Shown one piece after another: positions 12,876 to 25,928 of a DNA stretch of 64,000 nt. The notes under the pieces are model-generated. The model searched no databases, was not told the DNA's origin, and worked only from the letters and a program-made list of their open reading frames with translations. Within the stretch, counting starts at the first letter, position 1; each line of letters starts with the position of its first letter. This stretch comes from Macrostomum lignano. Taxonomy: Eukaryota. The DNA lies in the NCBI GenBank assembly GCA_002269645.1, contig NIVC01000819.1, forward strand, positions 1-64,000. The letters are read 5' to 3'. The position numbers were made by a program, and so were the translations under genes.

Positions 12876-13135
12876 GCAACCGACAGCTCAGCCGCAGCTA
12901 TTGCGCGGCGCATCTGAAGCCTGCGTACGGCTGTTCAGTTCAAGGACTGGGGGGTCGCCACACACCCTTACCGTAATTACCCACACTAATGCTGGCTCCC
13001 ATTTTACAGCTGGGTGAACTGAAGCAATGCAGAGTTAAGTGTCTTGCTCAAGGACACAAATTGTTCAGAGTAGGTCGAAATTGAACCCCCAATCTTTCAG
13101 TAGTGAGTCTGACGCTCCAACCACTAGGCTGCATC
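12876..13135 (-). mobile_element. tRNA-derived CORE-like SINE family 1 copy
   Basis: Reverse complement of the 43705 copy; absent from the paralogous position at ~33470. Confidence 0.72.
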
Positions 13136-13528
13136 ATGTGGGTTTCTACCGCTCAGAGCTGCCGCGGGGGGCGACTATACACTAGCAAATTCAGGAATAT
13201 TGAGCACTAAATTGATTGATCAACAACAATGAATTTTCAATGATCAATATCTACTCAGATACTAAAAAAGATAAAAAGTAACTAGCAAAAAAATGCGATT
13301 TTCTTTTATGCAATGCGATAAGTAGCTCAATAGTCGAATTTATTATAATATTTTGTTCTTACAGTGGTAAACTGGGACCGCAAAGGTTCTGTTCTTTTTG
13401 ATGCTTCAATTTTTCCCGTCTCAAAACCTCGCTCACTTATACAAACAAGATTTTGTAGGTTCTTGTTCTGGGCTGGTAACTGTTCAATGTTTGTTTCTTA
13501 ACGGTAGACTATCAGTCGTCAGACAGGC

Positions 13529-14284
13529 TCACGGCTTCACCCAGGCCCACTGGGCCTCGCTGGCGACCTCGCTGGGCACAGCGGCGAAGCTCATGAGCCG
13601 GCACATCCGGCTGGACTGCACGAAGGCGCAGGCGAGGCAGTTCGGGCTGCGGGGGCAGGCGGCGAGGCACTCGAAGGCCACCGTGGCCTCCTGGCTCCAG
13701 TAGGTGCTGTTCTCTGGCTGTCCGGGCGCGGTGGTGAGCATCGACTTGGTTGAGGCCACGCGCTTGAAGAGGCCGGTCTCTGAGCAGCAGCACAAATGCA
13801 GAAAAATGTAGATGGGAATCGTTAGCTAAAGGAACAGCAAACTTTTCTTACCGGGCGCATAGAAGTTCTCATAAATGGAGTTTCTATCGAAGCCGCCGCA
13901 AATCTGGCTGCTGTTTCCATGGCAGTTTGTGTTACACTCAGAATCTGATAGAGCGGCTCCGTGCAGTCCGTAGCTGTTGTCGCAGAAGCAGAAGCCTTGC
14001 GCCTGCAGACCGAAGTAGCGAAATCTGCCCAGGGCGCAGAGGCTGCTGCAGCTCTCGATGGTGACGGTGTGTCCATTGTAAAAGTAGGCGAACTCTATCT
14101 TATCAGTGAAATGCCCAATGGTCTTCAACCCACTCAGGCCTTTCAAATCTCTGTTGCTGTTGTCCCCATCAACAAAGCAGCCGATGTATCCGTGATGCAG
14201 CACGCTTGGCTGACTCATCGCCACCAGGAACAGCAGGGCCAGAGGCACGGATAGGAGGACAGTCAGGTGCACGGAGCGCTGCAT
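13529..14284 (-). CDS. Secreted WSC + PAN/Apple-like protein, type B copy 1 (exons 14284-13852, 13779-13529; 227 aa)
   Basis: MQRSVHLTVLLSVPLALLFLVAMS signal peptide and WSC motif. Donor CCC G|gtaag and acceptor ctcag|AG give a 72-bp in-frame intron. TATATAA lies at 14395-14389. Confidence 0.9.
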
Positions 14285-15891
14285 GCTGGCGCACTGGCGG
14301 TTACAGTAAGCTGGATGAAGACTGAAGGCTGCTGGACACACTGACAAGATTACAGGCCAAGCCAAGATGCATTTCAGGCAAATGTGACTTATATACACGA
14401 TTTGCCACAAGAAACAAAGGCGTGTACGAGTATGAATGCGACGCAGATGAAATTTCATTGGTTGCAGCGACTTGCGGGGCTTGGTGAAAATAATTCTTCT
14501 GAGGCAGGCTGGCATCGTCACCAGCAAACCAAAACCAGCTTAACTTGCCGTTGTCCATCTTGACCGAGCGGCACAGAGAAAACAAATATAACAGGAAGCT
14601 CGCTGCACTGTCTCGCTAGATTAACACTGCAAGCTACAAGCGAAAGCCGCTGTCGGTATCTTCGGTTTCTGCATCCTCCCAGAAACTTGAGTTGTCCTTG
14701 ACTTCCATGCAGTCCTGATCTCCATTGAGAAAAACTGTGGGACTATCTGCTTGCTATTAGCTAGTACATGTAGCTGTACCAGGTTTCTTTTGCCTCGCAC
14801 AGCTTTTTGGGTCGTCGTACGATTTCTCCAGCGATAAGCCGTTACTCACCGTGGCTCAGAGCCGGCCCAGGTGCTAGCATGCTAAATTGCAACGCTCGTA
14901 AATCTCAACAGCAAAACTACCTACCTGAACCTACCCGAACCTACCTGAAACATCCAATTCAACCTGCTGGTCACATCAAGCATGCACAGTGCATAGTATG
15001 CATAGTCAGAAAGTCGACGGACACGAATTCGGGTAAAAGAAAACTGGTGAAAATGTAGCAAAAACAAAGCAGTGGCACCGAGAAAGTTAGACAGCACCGA
15101 GTCACTAAACTAGCTAAATGTACGCCTGCTTCTCAAACTAAAAAATTGTTACAAGGACTAATAGACTACAAAGTGTTCCTAGCTGGTGGTCCTTGATGTA
15201 CTATCGTTGCAAAATAACGATGCAATTCCAAGCCCCAGGGTACGAATCGGGAGGCCACAGAAGCCGAGTCAAGAAGTACAGCGGGGCAAGATCAAGAAGT
15301 TTTGTTCCATTCTGCTGCCAGGTGAGGATTAAAACATTGCAAAAAAGCTGACACAGATAACCAGAGCTGCTCAGGCGGGAAAGACTGCCATGCAGTGCAG
15401 TGCAGCGACACCTCAACCTCAAACTCCACACCAGCCAAGCAGCAGAAGCATTGGCAGCGTGGCACTGGTGCGTGGCACAAGACTGCTGTTGAACTGAAAG
15501 CGAATATCGATCGGTGCAGCCGTTCCCTCCAGGCCGACTGTCTTTCCCACCGTGACTGAGTCGACTCAGGCACCAGCTGCGTCGCTCTCCCATAGTTATC
15601 CAAGCTATCCATTGTATAGAATTCTTTTCTGCATCAGTTCCGTCTCTCTTACCCCCAGCTGAATCGTTGTAGGATGCTTAGCCTGCAAGCACAGCTTGTT
15701 GAGAATTTCAATGAGCAAGCAGAAGATGTAAGTAATGCGGCTTTTCCATCTTTGGTAGCTCTGATGGAAGATGAAGCTGCCACAGGCTCCTAACTCTGCG
15801 TGTCTCAGAATTCTTGAAATTCTCTCTCATCAGCGACTCAAAGCTCTGCTTAAACTGTTCAGCTCAGAGCTCTCCTGACATTGCCTGCAGA

Positions 15892-16620
15892 GCAGGTGCC
15901 AGGCGTCTCATAAAGGAGACTCGCTCAGGTGATGATGGCGGGCTTTTCACAGAGCTGCATTGTAGCTGTGTGCATTGCATTGCAGGTGCCAGGCGTCTCA
16001 TAAAGGAGACTCGCTCAGGTGATGATGGCGGGCTTTTCACAGAGCTGCATTGTAGCTGTGTGCATTGCATTGCAGGTGCTGCTTGCATTGAATTGCAGGT
16101 GCTGCTTGCATTGAATTGCAGGTGCTGCTTGCATTGAATTGCAGGTGCTGCTTGCATTGAATTGCAGGTGCTGCTTGCATTGAATTGCAGGTGCTGCTTG
16201 CATTGAATTGCAGGTGCTGCTTGCATTGCATTGCAGGTGCTGCTTGCATTGCATTGCAGGTGCTGCTTGCATTGAATTGCAGGTGCTGCTTGCATTGAAT
16301 TGCAGGTGCTGCTTGCATTGAATTGCAGGTGCTGCTTGCATTGAATTGCAGGTGCTGCTTGCATTGAATTGCAGGTGCTGCTTGCATTGCATTGCAGGTG
16401 CTGCTTGCATTGAATTGCAGGTGCTGCTTGCATTGCATTGCAGGTGCTGCTTGCATTGAATTGCAGGTGCTGCTTGCATTGAATTGCAGGTGCTGCTTGC
16501 ATTGAATTGCAGGTGCTGCTTGCATTGAATTGCAGGTGCTGCTTGCATTGCATTGCAGGTGCTGCTTGCATTGCATTGCAGGTGCTGCTTGCATTGCATT
16601 GATGGTGCTGCTTGCATTGC
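15892..16620. repeat. 90-bp direct duplication followed by a 23-bp minisatellite (GGTGCTGCTTGCATTG[A/C]ATTGCA)n, ~23-24 copies
   Basis: Units read directly; explains the MQAAPAIQCKQHLQ repeat ORFs. Confidence 0.95.
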
Positions 16621-17149
16621 CAAAGCAGCCAAACAGCCAAAACTGCCAAAATAACCGGTCTTAAGTCACGTCAAATGACTTCACTGGGCGACGTGACAAA
16701 CATGATAATAAGACCACAATGAACAAGCCTGGACCCGAGCCCCCAAGCACAATGGCAGCTCAGGGCAGCCCAAATCGATTGAAATCTGGAATCTCAAGGA
16801 TGAAGAGCTACTCACTTCAAAAGGCGCAAGACCGCATAGCAACAGAAGCCGAGCCAGAAAGATGAGTAGCGCTCAGAGAGCAACGAGAAAGTCTACGCTG
16901 AATGCATGTGGTATCATTTTCTGGTCTTATGCTTTTGCCAACGAGCAATGCACGAGTTCAAAACTCGAGAACTCGAGAAGTAAACATTAGACCCGGTTGG
17001 TCCAGAATGCTGGGTTTTAGATTTTCAACGAGGCCAACTCCTCCTCTGGAGGAGAAAGGGGAAGAATTCCCATCACCGGTACTCCATTCCCTGAAATGCC
17101 ATTCCCTGAATCCCATCATCCAACTTCTCTCCGCGAAACTGAACATCAT

Positions 17150-17520
17150 CGAAATCTTCTCCGTAAAAGAGAACTCCATCAAACACCTCTCCGTGAAACT
17201 GACATTCATCAAAATCCCCTCCGAGAAATAGAAATCCTCTCCGTGAAACTGGACTCCATGGAAATCCTCTCCGTGAAACTGACATTCATCAAAATCCCCT
17301 CCGAGAAACAGAAATCCTCTCCGTGAAACTGGACTCCATGGAAATCCTCTCCGTGAAACTGACATTCATCAAAATCCCCTCCGAGAAACAGAAATCCTCT
17401 CCGTGAAACTGGACTCCATGGAAATCCTCTCCGTGAAACTGACATCCATCAAAATCGTCTCCGCGAAACAGAAATTCTCTCCATTAAACTGGACTGAATC
17501 GAAATTTTCTCCGTAAAAAA
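17150..17520. repeat. Higher-order minisatellite with an 80-bp period built of 30+30+20-bp subunits
   Basis: GACATTCATC recurs at 17201, 17281 and 17361; subunit core GAAATCCTCTCCGTGAAACT. Confidence 0.85.
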
Positions 17521-17543
17521 GAATCAACTCTCAGGATTTAGTG

Positions 17544-17572
17544 GTTAGGGTTAGGGTTAGGGTTAGGGTTAG
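17544..17572 (+). repeat. Interstitial (TTAGGG)n, 4-5 units
   Basis: GGTTAGGGTTAGGGTTAGGGTTAGGGTTAG read directly. Confidence 0.9.
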
Positions 17573-18869
17573 AGCTACAACGCAGCAGCGTGTTGAATTA
17601 ATTGAATGCGCAACCGATTTCACAGTCAGTCAGTATCAGTCTCGGTAAAAGTTAACAAAAATATTGCGCAAACTAAATCAACCCTCCAATACACAGCGAC
17701 TGACCCCCTTCCAATACGCAGTGGCAATTAAAAGTTGAACCCCCCCCCCTCCCACCAACTGTTGGGGGGTTGGTCGAACCATCATTGAACTCCAAAATGA
17801 GTACACTGCCGAAAGTTAAAAGTATGGAAATCGTTTTTTAAATGCTGTGCTTTTTGTTTTCACATTTAAAGCAAATAACTTATATCCCCGAACTCAGTAT
17901 TGCAAGATCTTTCCAGTAATATAAGTCTCTCCTCTGAAAGTTTAAAACTCGAGGAACAGTTAGCGCTTGAAATTTCCTGATTTAAAGCATTAAAGTATCG
18001 AGTGTACGTTCACAGCCTGCTAAAGAGGCTCGCAAGTTTATTCATTAAATTTTACTGCCCAGCAAATACACATGGCTGCCTATTGAATGCCGCCGATAAT
18101 AAAACCAATTAAATCTCGACACAGTCCTAGCTATCTCCTTACACTGTACAACTGCTATGTACACTCAGCCCAAGCCCAACCCCCTCCCATTCCGGGGAAT
18201 CGTTAAATTTAATTGAACCCCCCAACACGCGGGGGGGGTTATTTGCATTGAACGCGGAACACGCGCACCCACCACCCCTCAATACACGGCGGCCCGCGGG
18301 CGGAGGTTGGGGTGGCTATTTTTACAAACTGGCAGCAGCCCCAGGCAGAGTGGCCAAAGAAGGTTATTGAGGGTTAAAAAAACAGTTTTCTGCTTTTTTA
18401 GGGATCTTAAAATGTAAAAATGAAAGATTAAAATAGCTATAAACCCAATCCGGAAAATTTGCAGTTTTCCCATATAAGTTTCAACGCTGACTTGCCAGTA
18501 GTTTAGGAGAAAAATTGCAACACACAAACAAACATCGCACCACTTTTAGTATTAAGATGCATTTTTAACGGTGTAATGGTGGTCAATCTTATCTCACTAC
18601 TCAATAGTAGTCGATTGCTTGGGATTTAATGCGCCAAAGTCAGATTAACGGCTGATTAATTTAGACAGGTGTTTCATAAAGAAGTATTTACAGTAAATTG
18701 TCCCAAAAGCATAAACGGAAGTCATGAAACCAAGATCGCATTCCATAACGTTGAGCTTTAAGCCATGGCTTGACTAAGGATTTGACTAGAGCAGGCTTCA
18801 ATGAGGTGTACTGAGCTGCGAAGTTACCAGCCCAGAGGTTTTGTAATCAATTCGCTGAGTCTGCTAAAA

Positions 18870-19337
18870 AGACTTGTTAACCCGCAACCCCACCAGTAGA
18901 GACAGAATGGCAAAGGCGGCGGAGTTGCTGCGCCAGTCATCAATGTAGCGAATGTCGGCCACAGAGAGACCGTCCTGGAAGGCCTTCGGAGCTTCTGTCG
19001 GACTCGATGGTCACCAGCTGATGGAAGCGCGGTTGAAGCGGCGTAGGTGGCAGTAAGTCCACTACCTGCAGCCACGATTGCAGCAGACTGTGACCTTCTT
19101 GAGGCAGCCGGAGATCTCGACTGTCGCTGATGAGGTCAAAACGGACGCAGCAGCTTGTTGATCTGGCCCAACCAGCACAGCTTCCCGGCCAGCCTCTCCA
19201 GCTGCTTGAGCTTGACGATGTTGCGGGAGAGGCAGTCCTTCAGCAAATCCCTGGTGCTGGCGGCCTTGTCCATGGGCAGCGACAGCGTGTCGTCTATTGT
19301 GTAGGTTTGGACGCCAAGGAAGACAAGGAAGACCACC
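18870..19337 (-). mobile_element. Decayed DIRS/Ngaro-like retroelement, RT end to RNase H fragment
   Basis: FLGVQ..LSLPMDKAASTRDLLKDCLSRNIVKLKQLERLAGKLCW, then W..HLRRFNRAS and TIESDRSSEG (degenerate TDAS..G). This matches the RT-RH tether pattern of DIRS elements; contains stops and frameshifts. Confidence 0.6.
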
Positions 19338-19864
19338 AGACGTACATATCTTCGATATACTAAAATGAGACCTACAACTATAACTAACAAAGAAACATAA
19401 ATACAAAGCCTACGCAACATTCCCCCTTCCTGATAGAACACAATCAGCAATCAAAGTCGCGAAGATGCACCGCCACCGCAGCAAAAAACCGTTAATGCAC
19501 ATTCACCAAATATTCGAATAAGGAACCGCTCCGATGCAATAAAAAATAATGTCAATGAACCTGAACGGCTACTACAAAACCAAAAAAAAAATAAGCGCGT
19601 GTAACGATTGAAAAAAAACACATGGGCAAAGGCGTTTCAAAACCACTTAAATTTAACAGCCTATAGCCAGCACGAAAGTATAAACCAAAAGGAAAACGAA
19701 AAAACCCACCACCAACAATAACACTAGATTTGAAACAAAATTTCAAGCTGCTACACTATCCTGGACTTCAAACGCTATCAGCACCAAAAGGTCACGCAAC
19801 ACTGACAAACCAACAATAACTGCTATGCTCCGAAAAAAACGTGTCACATCGTCAAGGCCAAAAA

Positions 19865-22800
19865 TCAGTCAGCTGGCTCCGCTTGACTCTCAAGCAGACA
19901 CAGCTTATTTACCGATCTCACTAGCACTTTCTGGCCGACTTGCACGTTGACGACTCTGACTCGTCCGTCCCGGCCGGGGAAGACGTTGACAATCCGACCT
20001 AGCGGCCAGTGACCTCGCGGAGAGTCGGTTTGCACGATCAGCACCACGTCGCCAGCTTGCAAGTCCCGCTGCGACTTGGTCCACTTGGTTCGGCGCTGGA
20101 GTCCTGGCAGCCACTCTTGCATCCACCGCCGCCACACATGCCGGACCAACTCCTGAACGCGCCGCCAGCGTTGGCGTGGGTCTTTTGCAACATCAGCTGA
20201 GATGTCCGGCGCGAACTGACCACCCGCCTGTCCGTGCAGGAAGTGATTAGGCGTCAGTGGGACTTCGTCCTTAGGATTGGCTGACTGGTATGTGATCGGC
20301 CGCGAATTGATCAGTGCCTCGACTCCGACTACCGCTGACTGAAACTCCTCGTCGTTCACGTCCGCATTGCTGAGCACAACTTGCAGCGCTCGCTTAACAG
20401 CTCGCACCATGATCTCGTGCGCTCCTCCAAAGTGCGGTGCGGCTGGAGGCTGGAAGTTCCATCTGATTCCGTGATTCGAAGCCGCCTGCTGCACCTTTGA
20501 CCTGCTCAACTCTTCCAAGCTCCGCAGCTCTTCAGCACCCTTCACGAAATTGCCCCCATTATCTGAATGCATTTGCTTCGGTAGTCCTCGCCGACCGACC
20601 ATTCGAAAAAATGCATTTAGGAAGGAGTCTGCATCAAGACCGAATGTCACCTCCAGGTGTACGGCGCGCGTCTCCAGACACGTAAACAATGCGATGTATC
20701 GCTTCTGTCTCGCCCTGCCTCGTCCTTGGACAGTCAGAAACGGCGCGCCCATGTCTGCGGCTGTGTTGGTGAAGGCCTTCAACGACCCTTCGAGACGTAC
20801 TTCGGGTAATGGCGCCATCAACTGGTCTATCGGCTTGGCTTTGCTCCTCCTGCAGACTGCGCATTCCTGTTCCCACTCGCGAATGGCCTCTCGAGCGCTG
20901 ACGATCCAATACCGGGCCGAGATCGCGGCTAGCGTCTGATTGGTTCCGCCATGCAGCTGCTCCTCGTGATGCTGCTTGATCACCAGCTTCGTAATCCAGT
21001 GTCTTCGAGGCAAGATGATGGGGTGCCTAGCATCGTATGACATCTGCTGGCTGAACTTTAGCCTCCCGTCTACTCGCATCAATCTCGCAGCGTCCATCAC
21101 GGGTTTCAGGCACGACAACTGTTTGTCTCGATCCTTAACCATCCGGAAACCTTCCTTTTGCGCCAATCGCACGAGCTGCTCTTCGACGTCATTCAGTTCC
21201 TCTCCGGTCAACTCCCCATCAACCCTGAGCACCTGCGTCCGCTGGCAGTTTCTAATGAAGCGCAACACCCAGGCCGTAATACGCTGCAGTCTCCGAAAAC
21301 TCGAGAACCGCGCCGGGTCCAGTCTCCAGTCCGACGTCTCTAGCTCGGCTGACGTCAAGAACGACCTCTCCTCCGATGCAACGTCCACTGTTCTTGTGTT
21401 CCTACACGTCGATTTCGTCTCTGGCTTCGCTGGCTCTGCTGGAAGTGCTCTCTCTGGCCACGCCTGCTCACTTCGCATCAGAAACTCTGGTCCGTGCATC
21501 CACAGCTCATTGCGGCTCAGCTCCTCCGCGTTGCAGCCTCGCGACAGCACATCGGCCGGGTTCAGCTTCGTGGGCACGTAGCGCCATTGATTAATTCGGA
21601 ATTCCTGCTGAATGAACGCGACTCGGTTGGCAAAAAACAGCTTGAGCACTCGACTTTGCTTTCTGATCCACCACAATACGTTTTGGCTGTCACTCCACAA
21701 TACCATCTTGCTCCGTTCCACTTCCAACGCCTCAGAACCACTTTGGCCAGCTTTACGCCCAACACCGCTGCCATCAGCTCGAGTCTTGGAACGCCGACCG
21801 TCTGCAGAGGGGCTACTCGAGACTTTGCTCCTACGAGCCGCACGGTTGATGCTTCCGAATTGACTGCACTCCTTAGGTAAATTACAGCTCCATACGCGTC
21901 CTGCGATGCGTCAACGAATGTGTGTAGCTCTACATCCTGCATTTGGTCACTTAGACAGCGTGGCACCGAAATTTCACTGGCCGCCGACAGCTTTCTAGAC
22001 CACTCAGTTGCTTCTGTCACTAAGTCTGGATCCAATGCTTCGTCCCAGCCAGCACCTAAGCGCCACACCTTCTGCAACAGAATTTCCCCTTGCGTCACAA
22101 CTGGAGCCACGAAACCGCAAGGGTCAAACACCCCCGCGATGCACCGCAACATCTGCCGCTTTGTAGTAATCAAGCCTTTGCTGTTCCCGTCATCGATACT
22201 GACTAACAGCGTATCCATCCGTGCGTTCCAGCTTACGCCAAGTGCCTTCGCCGTCGGTGATTCACCCTGCAGTAGTAGCTCAGCGCGTTCTGCCCTGTCT
22301 TCAACTGGAATCGATTGCAGGACTTCCTCAGAGTTCGAAAGCCACTTCCGAGCTCGCATACCGGCTCTCTTCCACAGCTCCATCAGCTGCTCATACAACT
22401 GCTTTGCTTTCTCAACTGTCTCCATGGAGTCGAGACTGTCGTCCATGTAGGTGGACCTCAAAACTGTCGTTGCCGCCAACGGCAGTTGATCCTGATGTTG
22501 CCTTGCATTCTCTTGTGCCACTAGTTGAGCCAGGAACGGGGAGCAGTTGACGCCAAAGACCACGCTGCAGAACTCGTATACTTTCGGCTCACATTCCGTT
22601 TGCATTCCGCGCCACAAGAACCGAAAGAAGCGGCGATCACATGGAGCCAACCGAATTCGAAGATACATTTCCTCAATATCACAAACTAGCGCGACCGGAT
22701 GCTTGCGAAATCTTAGCAGCACGCTGACGAGATTGTTTTGCAGCTTCGGTCCGGTGTGGATGGCATCGTTAAGGCTGAGACCGCCACAGCGAGCAGACGC

Positions 22801-25629
22801 GTCAAAGACTATGCGAGTCTTTGTTGTCTCCTTGTCCGCTCTCACTACTGAAAAATGTGGCAGGTACCAACTTCCCTGACCGGCGGCTCCGTCGACTTCT
22901 TGAATGTAGCCCTTCTCCAGCTGTCCATCAAGCACTCGCTGATACGCCTGCGCCAGCTCCGGGTTCTTGTTAAGCCGTTGCTCCGTATTAACGAGCCGCT
23001 GCCGCGCCATATCCTTGTTGTCTGGCAACGTTTTCGGATCCATCTTCCATGGGATCGCCACCTGGTAACGACCGGCCTCCATCCTCATTGAACTCTTCGT
23101 CAATTGAACGGTCTCTTGCTCTCCCATTGACAACGTGGCCATCGCTCCACCGTCGGGGACCTCATCCACCTCCCAGAAACGCTTTAAAACGCCATCCAAG
23201 TCTCCATCAGCAATCGATAGGAAAGTCCTCTGTCGTCCAGCTTCCGGTGCGTTGTCCCTTATCGGTCCCACACACGTCCAACCGATCGGCGTCAGTCGAG
23301 CTGTCGGCTCTCCAGGTTGACCCCCGACCTCACGGCAGGCGAAGTGTAGATCGACGTGATCGATGCCAATGAGCATGTCAACCGTCTGATTACCTTCAAC
23401 TCTGCTGAACGGAATGCCACGCAAATGATGCCACCGCGACGCTAGCTGACTCCAATCCACGGCCTTCATATTACCCGTCACTTTCTCCGTGGTGTACGCC
23501 AATACCCTAGCTCGAAACGCTCCATCAAGACTCTTTAAGTCCACTTCAACCGGCGCTGTCTGGAAGGTATTTACCTGTCCGTTGAGTACTTTAACGTTCA
23601 TCTGCTCAAACTTCTCTTCCAGCCCAAGTTCGGCCGCTACGTCCGAGTTCAAATATGTTCTTGTACTCGCATCATCCAGAAGCGCGTTGACTTGCACCTG
23701 GCGGTCTCCGTTGGACAAGATCACCGGGACAGTTCGCAGCGCAACAGCAGCGGTCTCCCTAACTAGCAAAGTACAGGCTTCTCGCTGCTTGTTCATCGTC
23801 TCCTTCGGCCTCTCGCCTGAACTTTGCGCCTTGAGGACCTTTTGCGTCCCCCCTTCGTGACGTGCCATCGACTCACTCCTTTGCGCTTGGTGGAGCAGCC
23901 GGTGATGCCTGGCCTTGCACCCGTCGATGCCGCAGCTTCGCAATCTTCTGCACGACAAACTCATGTGGTTGCTTCCCAAGCACCCAAAGCACAGCTTCCA
24001 CTCGCGTACCGCTGCCCATCGAGCTTCAACATCCATACGCGCAAACCTAGGGCACGCCCACACTCCATGCTGCTCTCCACAGAGACGAAATAACCTACGG
24101 TTGTCTGTTGGTTCGACACTGCGACTTTCAGCGGCGTCGGTGTGAGTGAACAGTGTCCGCTGTGGTTCACGAGACCCTGACCACTTCTTTCCAGCTTCCC
24201 GACCGCCATCGCTCACCGGTACCACTCCTCGCGTCGCCTCCCACGCAATCGTCCGATATTCAGCCTCCTGTAACAACCACTGATGGAGCACACTCAGCGA
24301 ATCTACTTTAGAGTTCTCGCCCACCCACCGGTGGTAGCGCGCCAAGGTGTCAGCGGGCAGCTTCCGCTGAACGCGCAAATGTAACAGGCCATTGCTACTT
24401 AGCTCAACGTCACGCCCAGCCGCCTTCAAATTATTCACGGTCACATCCAACAGGTCTGCCAACTTTTTTAACTGCGCTGCACTCTCCGTCTGAATCGGCC
24501 GAAAATTGTCCAAGTCTTCCAGAGCTAACGTTAATCTGCATCTCTCTCCACCGTACTCTCGCTCTAAACGCTCTAGTGCAGACCGGTAGGCGAAAGCCGA
24601 GAACCCTAAATTCACAATAAGCTTAAGTGCCTCCCCTTGCAGTGATTGACGCAGCTGCAACAACTTGTACGCGTCTGAAGCCGGCGACTCATCCACACAT
24701 GCATAGAAGGCAGCCTTCCACCCCTCATACTGCCGCTTGTCTCCTGAGAACACAGGAATAGACACTCGCTGTAATTGCCGCCACATGTCCTGTCCAATCC
24801 TAGCTGACTGATCCTCTGCGTACATTGCCGCCGCCTGCCCTGCCCCGCCAAATGATAGGCCAGCCCGCCACTCTGACTCAAACTGCCTAGGCCTTTCGCT
24901 TGCGCCAACTCCAGCCGGGCCAGTACGCGCAGTGTACATTTCGCTAATTGGGGTTGACCTCCAGCCTGAATTGTTGATTGGCCACTCTTTGGGTTGCCAC
25001 CCCTCCCCCGTAGTTTGCGACTCCTCACGCGCTTCGTGTACACTTCGCGACTGAACTTGCTGCCGCTGAACTCCAACCACTCTGTCTAGCCTCTCCATTT
25101 CATACTCCAACTCCTTTTGCTTAGCCTCAAATGTTTCTCTCAACCGCTGTTGACGCTCTTCCAGTTCAGCTTTCTGACACTTTGCGGCCTCTAGCTCTCT
25201 CTGATGACCATCTCTCTCAAGGCTCTCGATAGCGTTCTGGCGCTCCCTCTTTCGCAATTCACCAAGCAGTGCCGCTGTCTCGTTGTACTCACATTCGAGT
25301 GCTTCTAGCTCCTTCACCGTTTGGGCCTGCACCAGAAAGTTGCCTTCAGCTGCTTGTAGTATGTCCTGAAGCACCGCACTGACATGCTCAGCTTGCTCGT
25401 CCAGCGCTCCGGCAATCTTCTCCGCGCCCTCCAGTGTCACGCCGTCCGAGTCGAGGTACTTGAGTAGCTTGTTTCGCTGTTTAGTGAAGGCACATTTTTC
25501 GACAGCCTTTTTACCCTTCAGTTGCACCATTCGTTGCTCCGATTCCGATCTCTCTTGATTTCGCTCTGATGCTGATGCTGTTGCTGCTGCCGCTGCTGCA
25601 TCCGCAGCCTTTTCGTCTCCGAATGACAT
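19865..25629 (-). CDS. BEL/Pao gag-pol polyprotein, split by one -1 frameshift near 21737
   Basis: Gag (IPVFSGDKRQYEGW), Zn knuckles (CFGCLGSNH), protease LLDDAS, RT YLPHF/DIEEMY/YMDD, RNase H FVDASQDAYG, integrase H..H..CAVC/DMGAP/SDNG/HE. Restoring 1 nt gives LAKVVxEALEVERSKMVLWSDS. Confidence 0.93.
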
Positions 25630-25639
25630 TCGATCTCAC

Positions 25640-25657
25640 AACCACGCTCTGCTACCA
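25640..25657 (-). promoter_or_regulatory. Primer-binding site complementary to the initiator tRNA-Met 3' end
   Basis: TGGTAGCAGAG.. lies a few nt downstream of the 5' LTR; eukaryotic tRNAi-Met ends in CTCTGCTACCA. Confidence 0.8.
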
Positions 25658-25928
25658 GATTTATGTTCTCAAGCCAAATAACTTTTGCTCAAACTCTCGG
25701 CAGGTTTTGACTATTGCCACAACGCACTCTCACGAACAAATTCAAGCCATCGATCCTTTTATATTTAACTGCTAAATGACACACAAAAGATTGGGGTGGG
25801 GCTGAGATTGCATGTACACTAAGCGATAATGGGGGGCGGGGCCTGGAGACGTACATATCTTCGATATACTAAAATGAGACCTACAACTATAACTAACAAA
25901 GAAACATAAATACAAAGCCTACGCAACA

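Larger units (their letters stand above)
19338..25928 (-). mobile_element. BEL/Pao LTR retrotransposon: full 5' LTR 25928-25664, PBS, gag-pol, PPT, and a 3' LTR truncated to 82 bp
   Basis: LTR TGTTGCG..GAACA; an identical 82-bp repeat at 19338-19419 and 25847-25928; PPT AGGAAGGGGGAA just before the 3' LTR; domain order gag-PR-RT-RH-IN is typical of BEL/Pao. Confidence 0.95.

Noticed and set aside
17580-18270. C-run/G-run hairpins suggesting a DNA transposon with TIRs
   Set aside because: Inverted matches are only 7-8 bp, with no TSD or transposase remnant.
19128-19150. Other CTGATGA hammerhead-like cores (also ~35697, ~49515)
   Set aside because: No stem II followed by GAAA and an NUH triplet.
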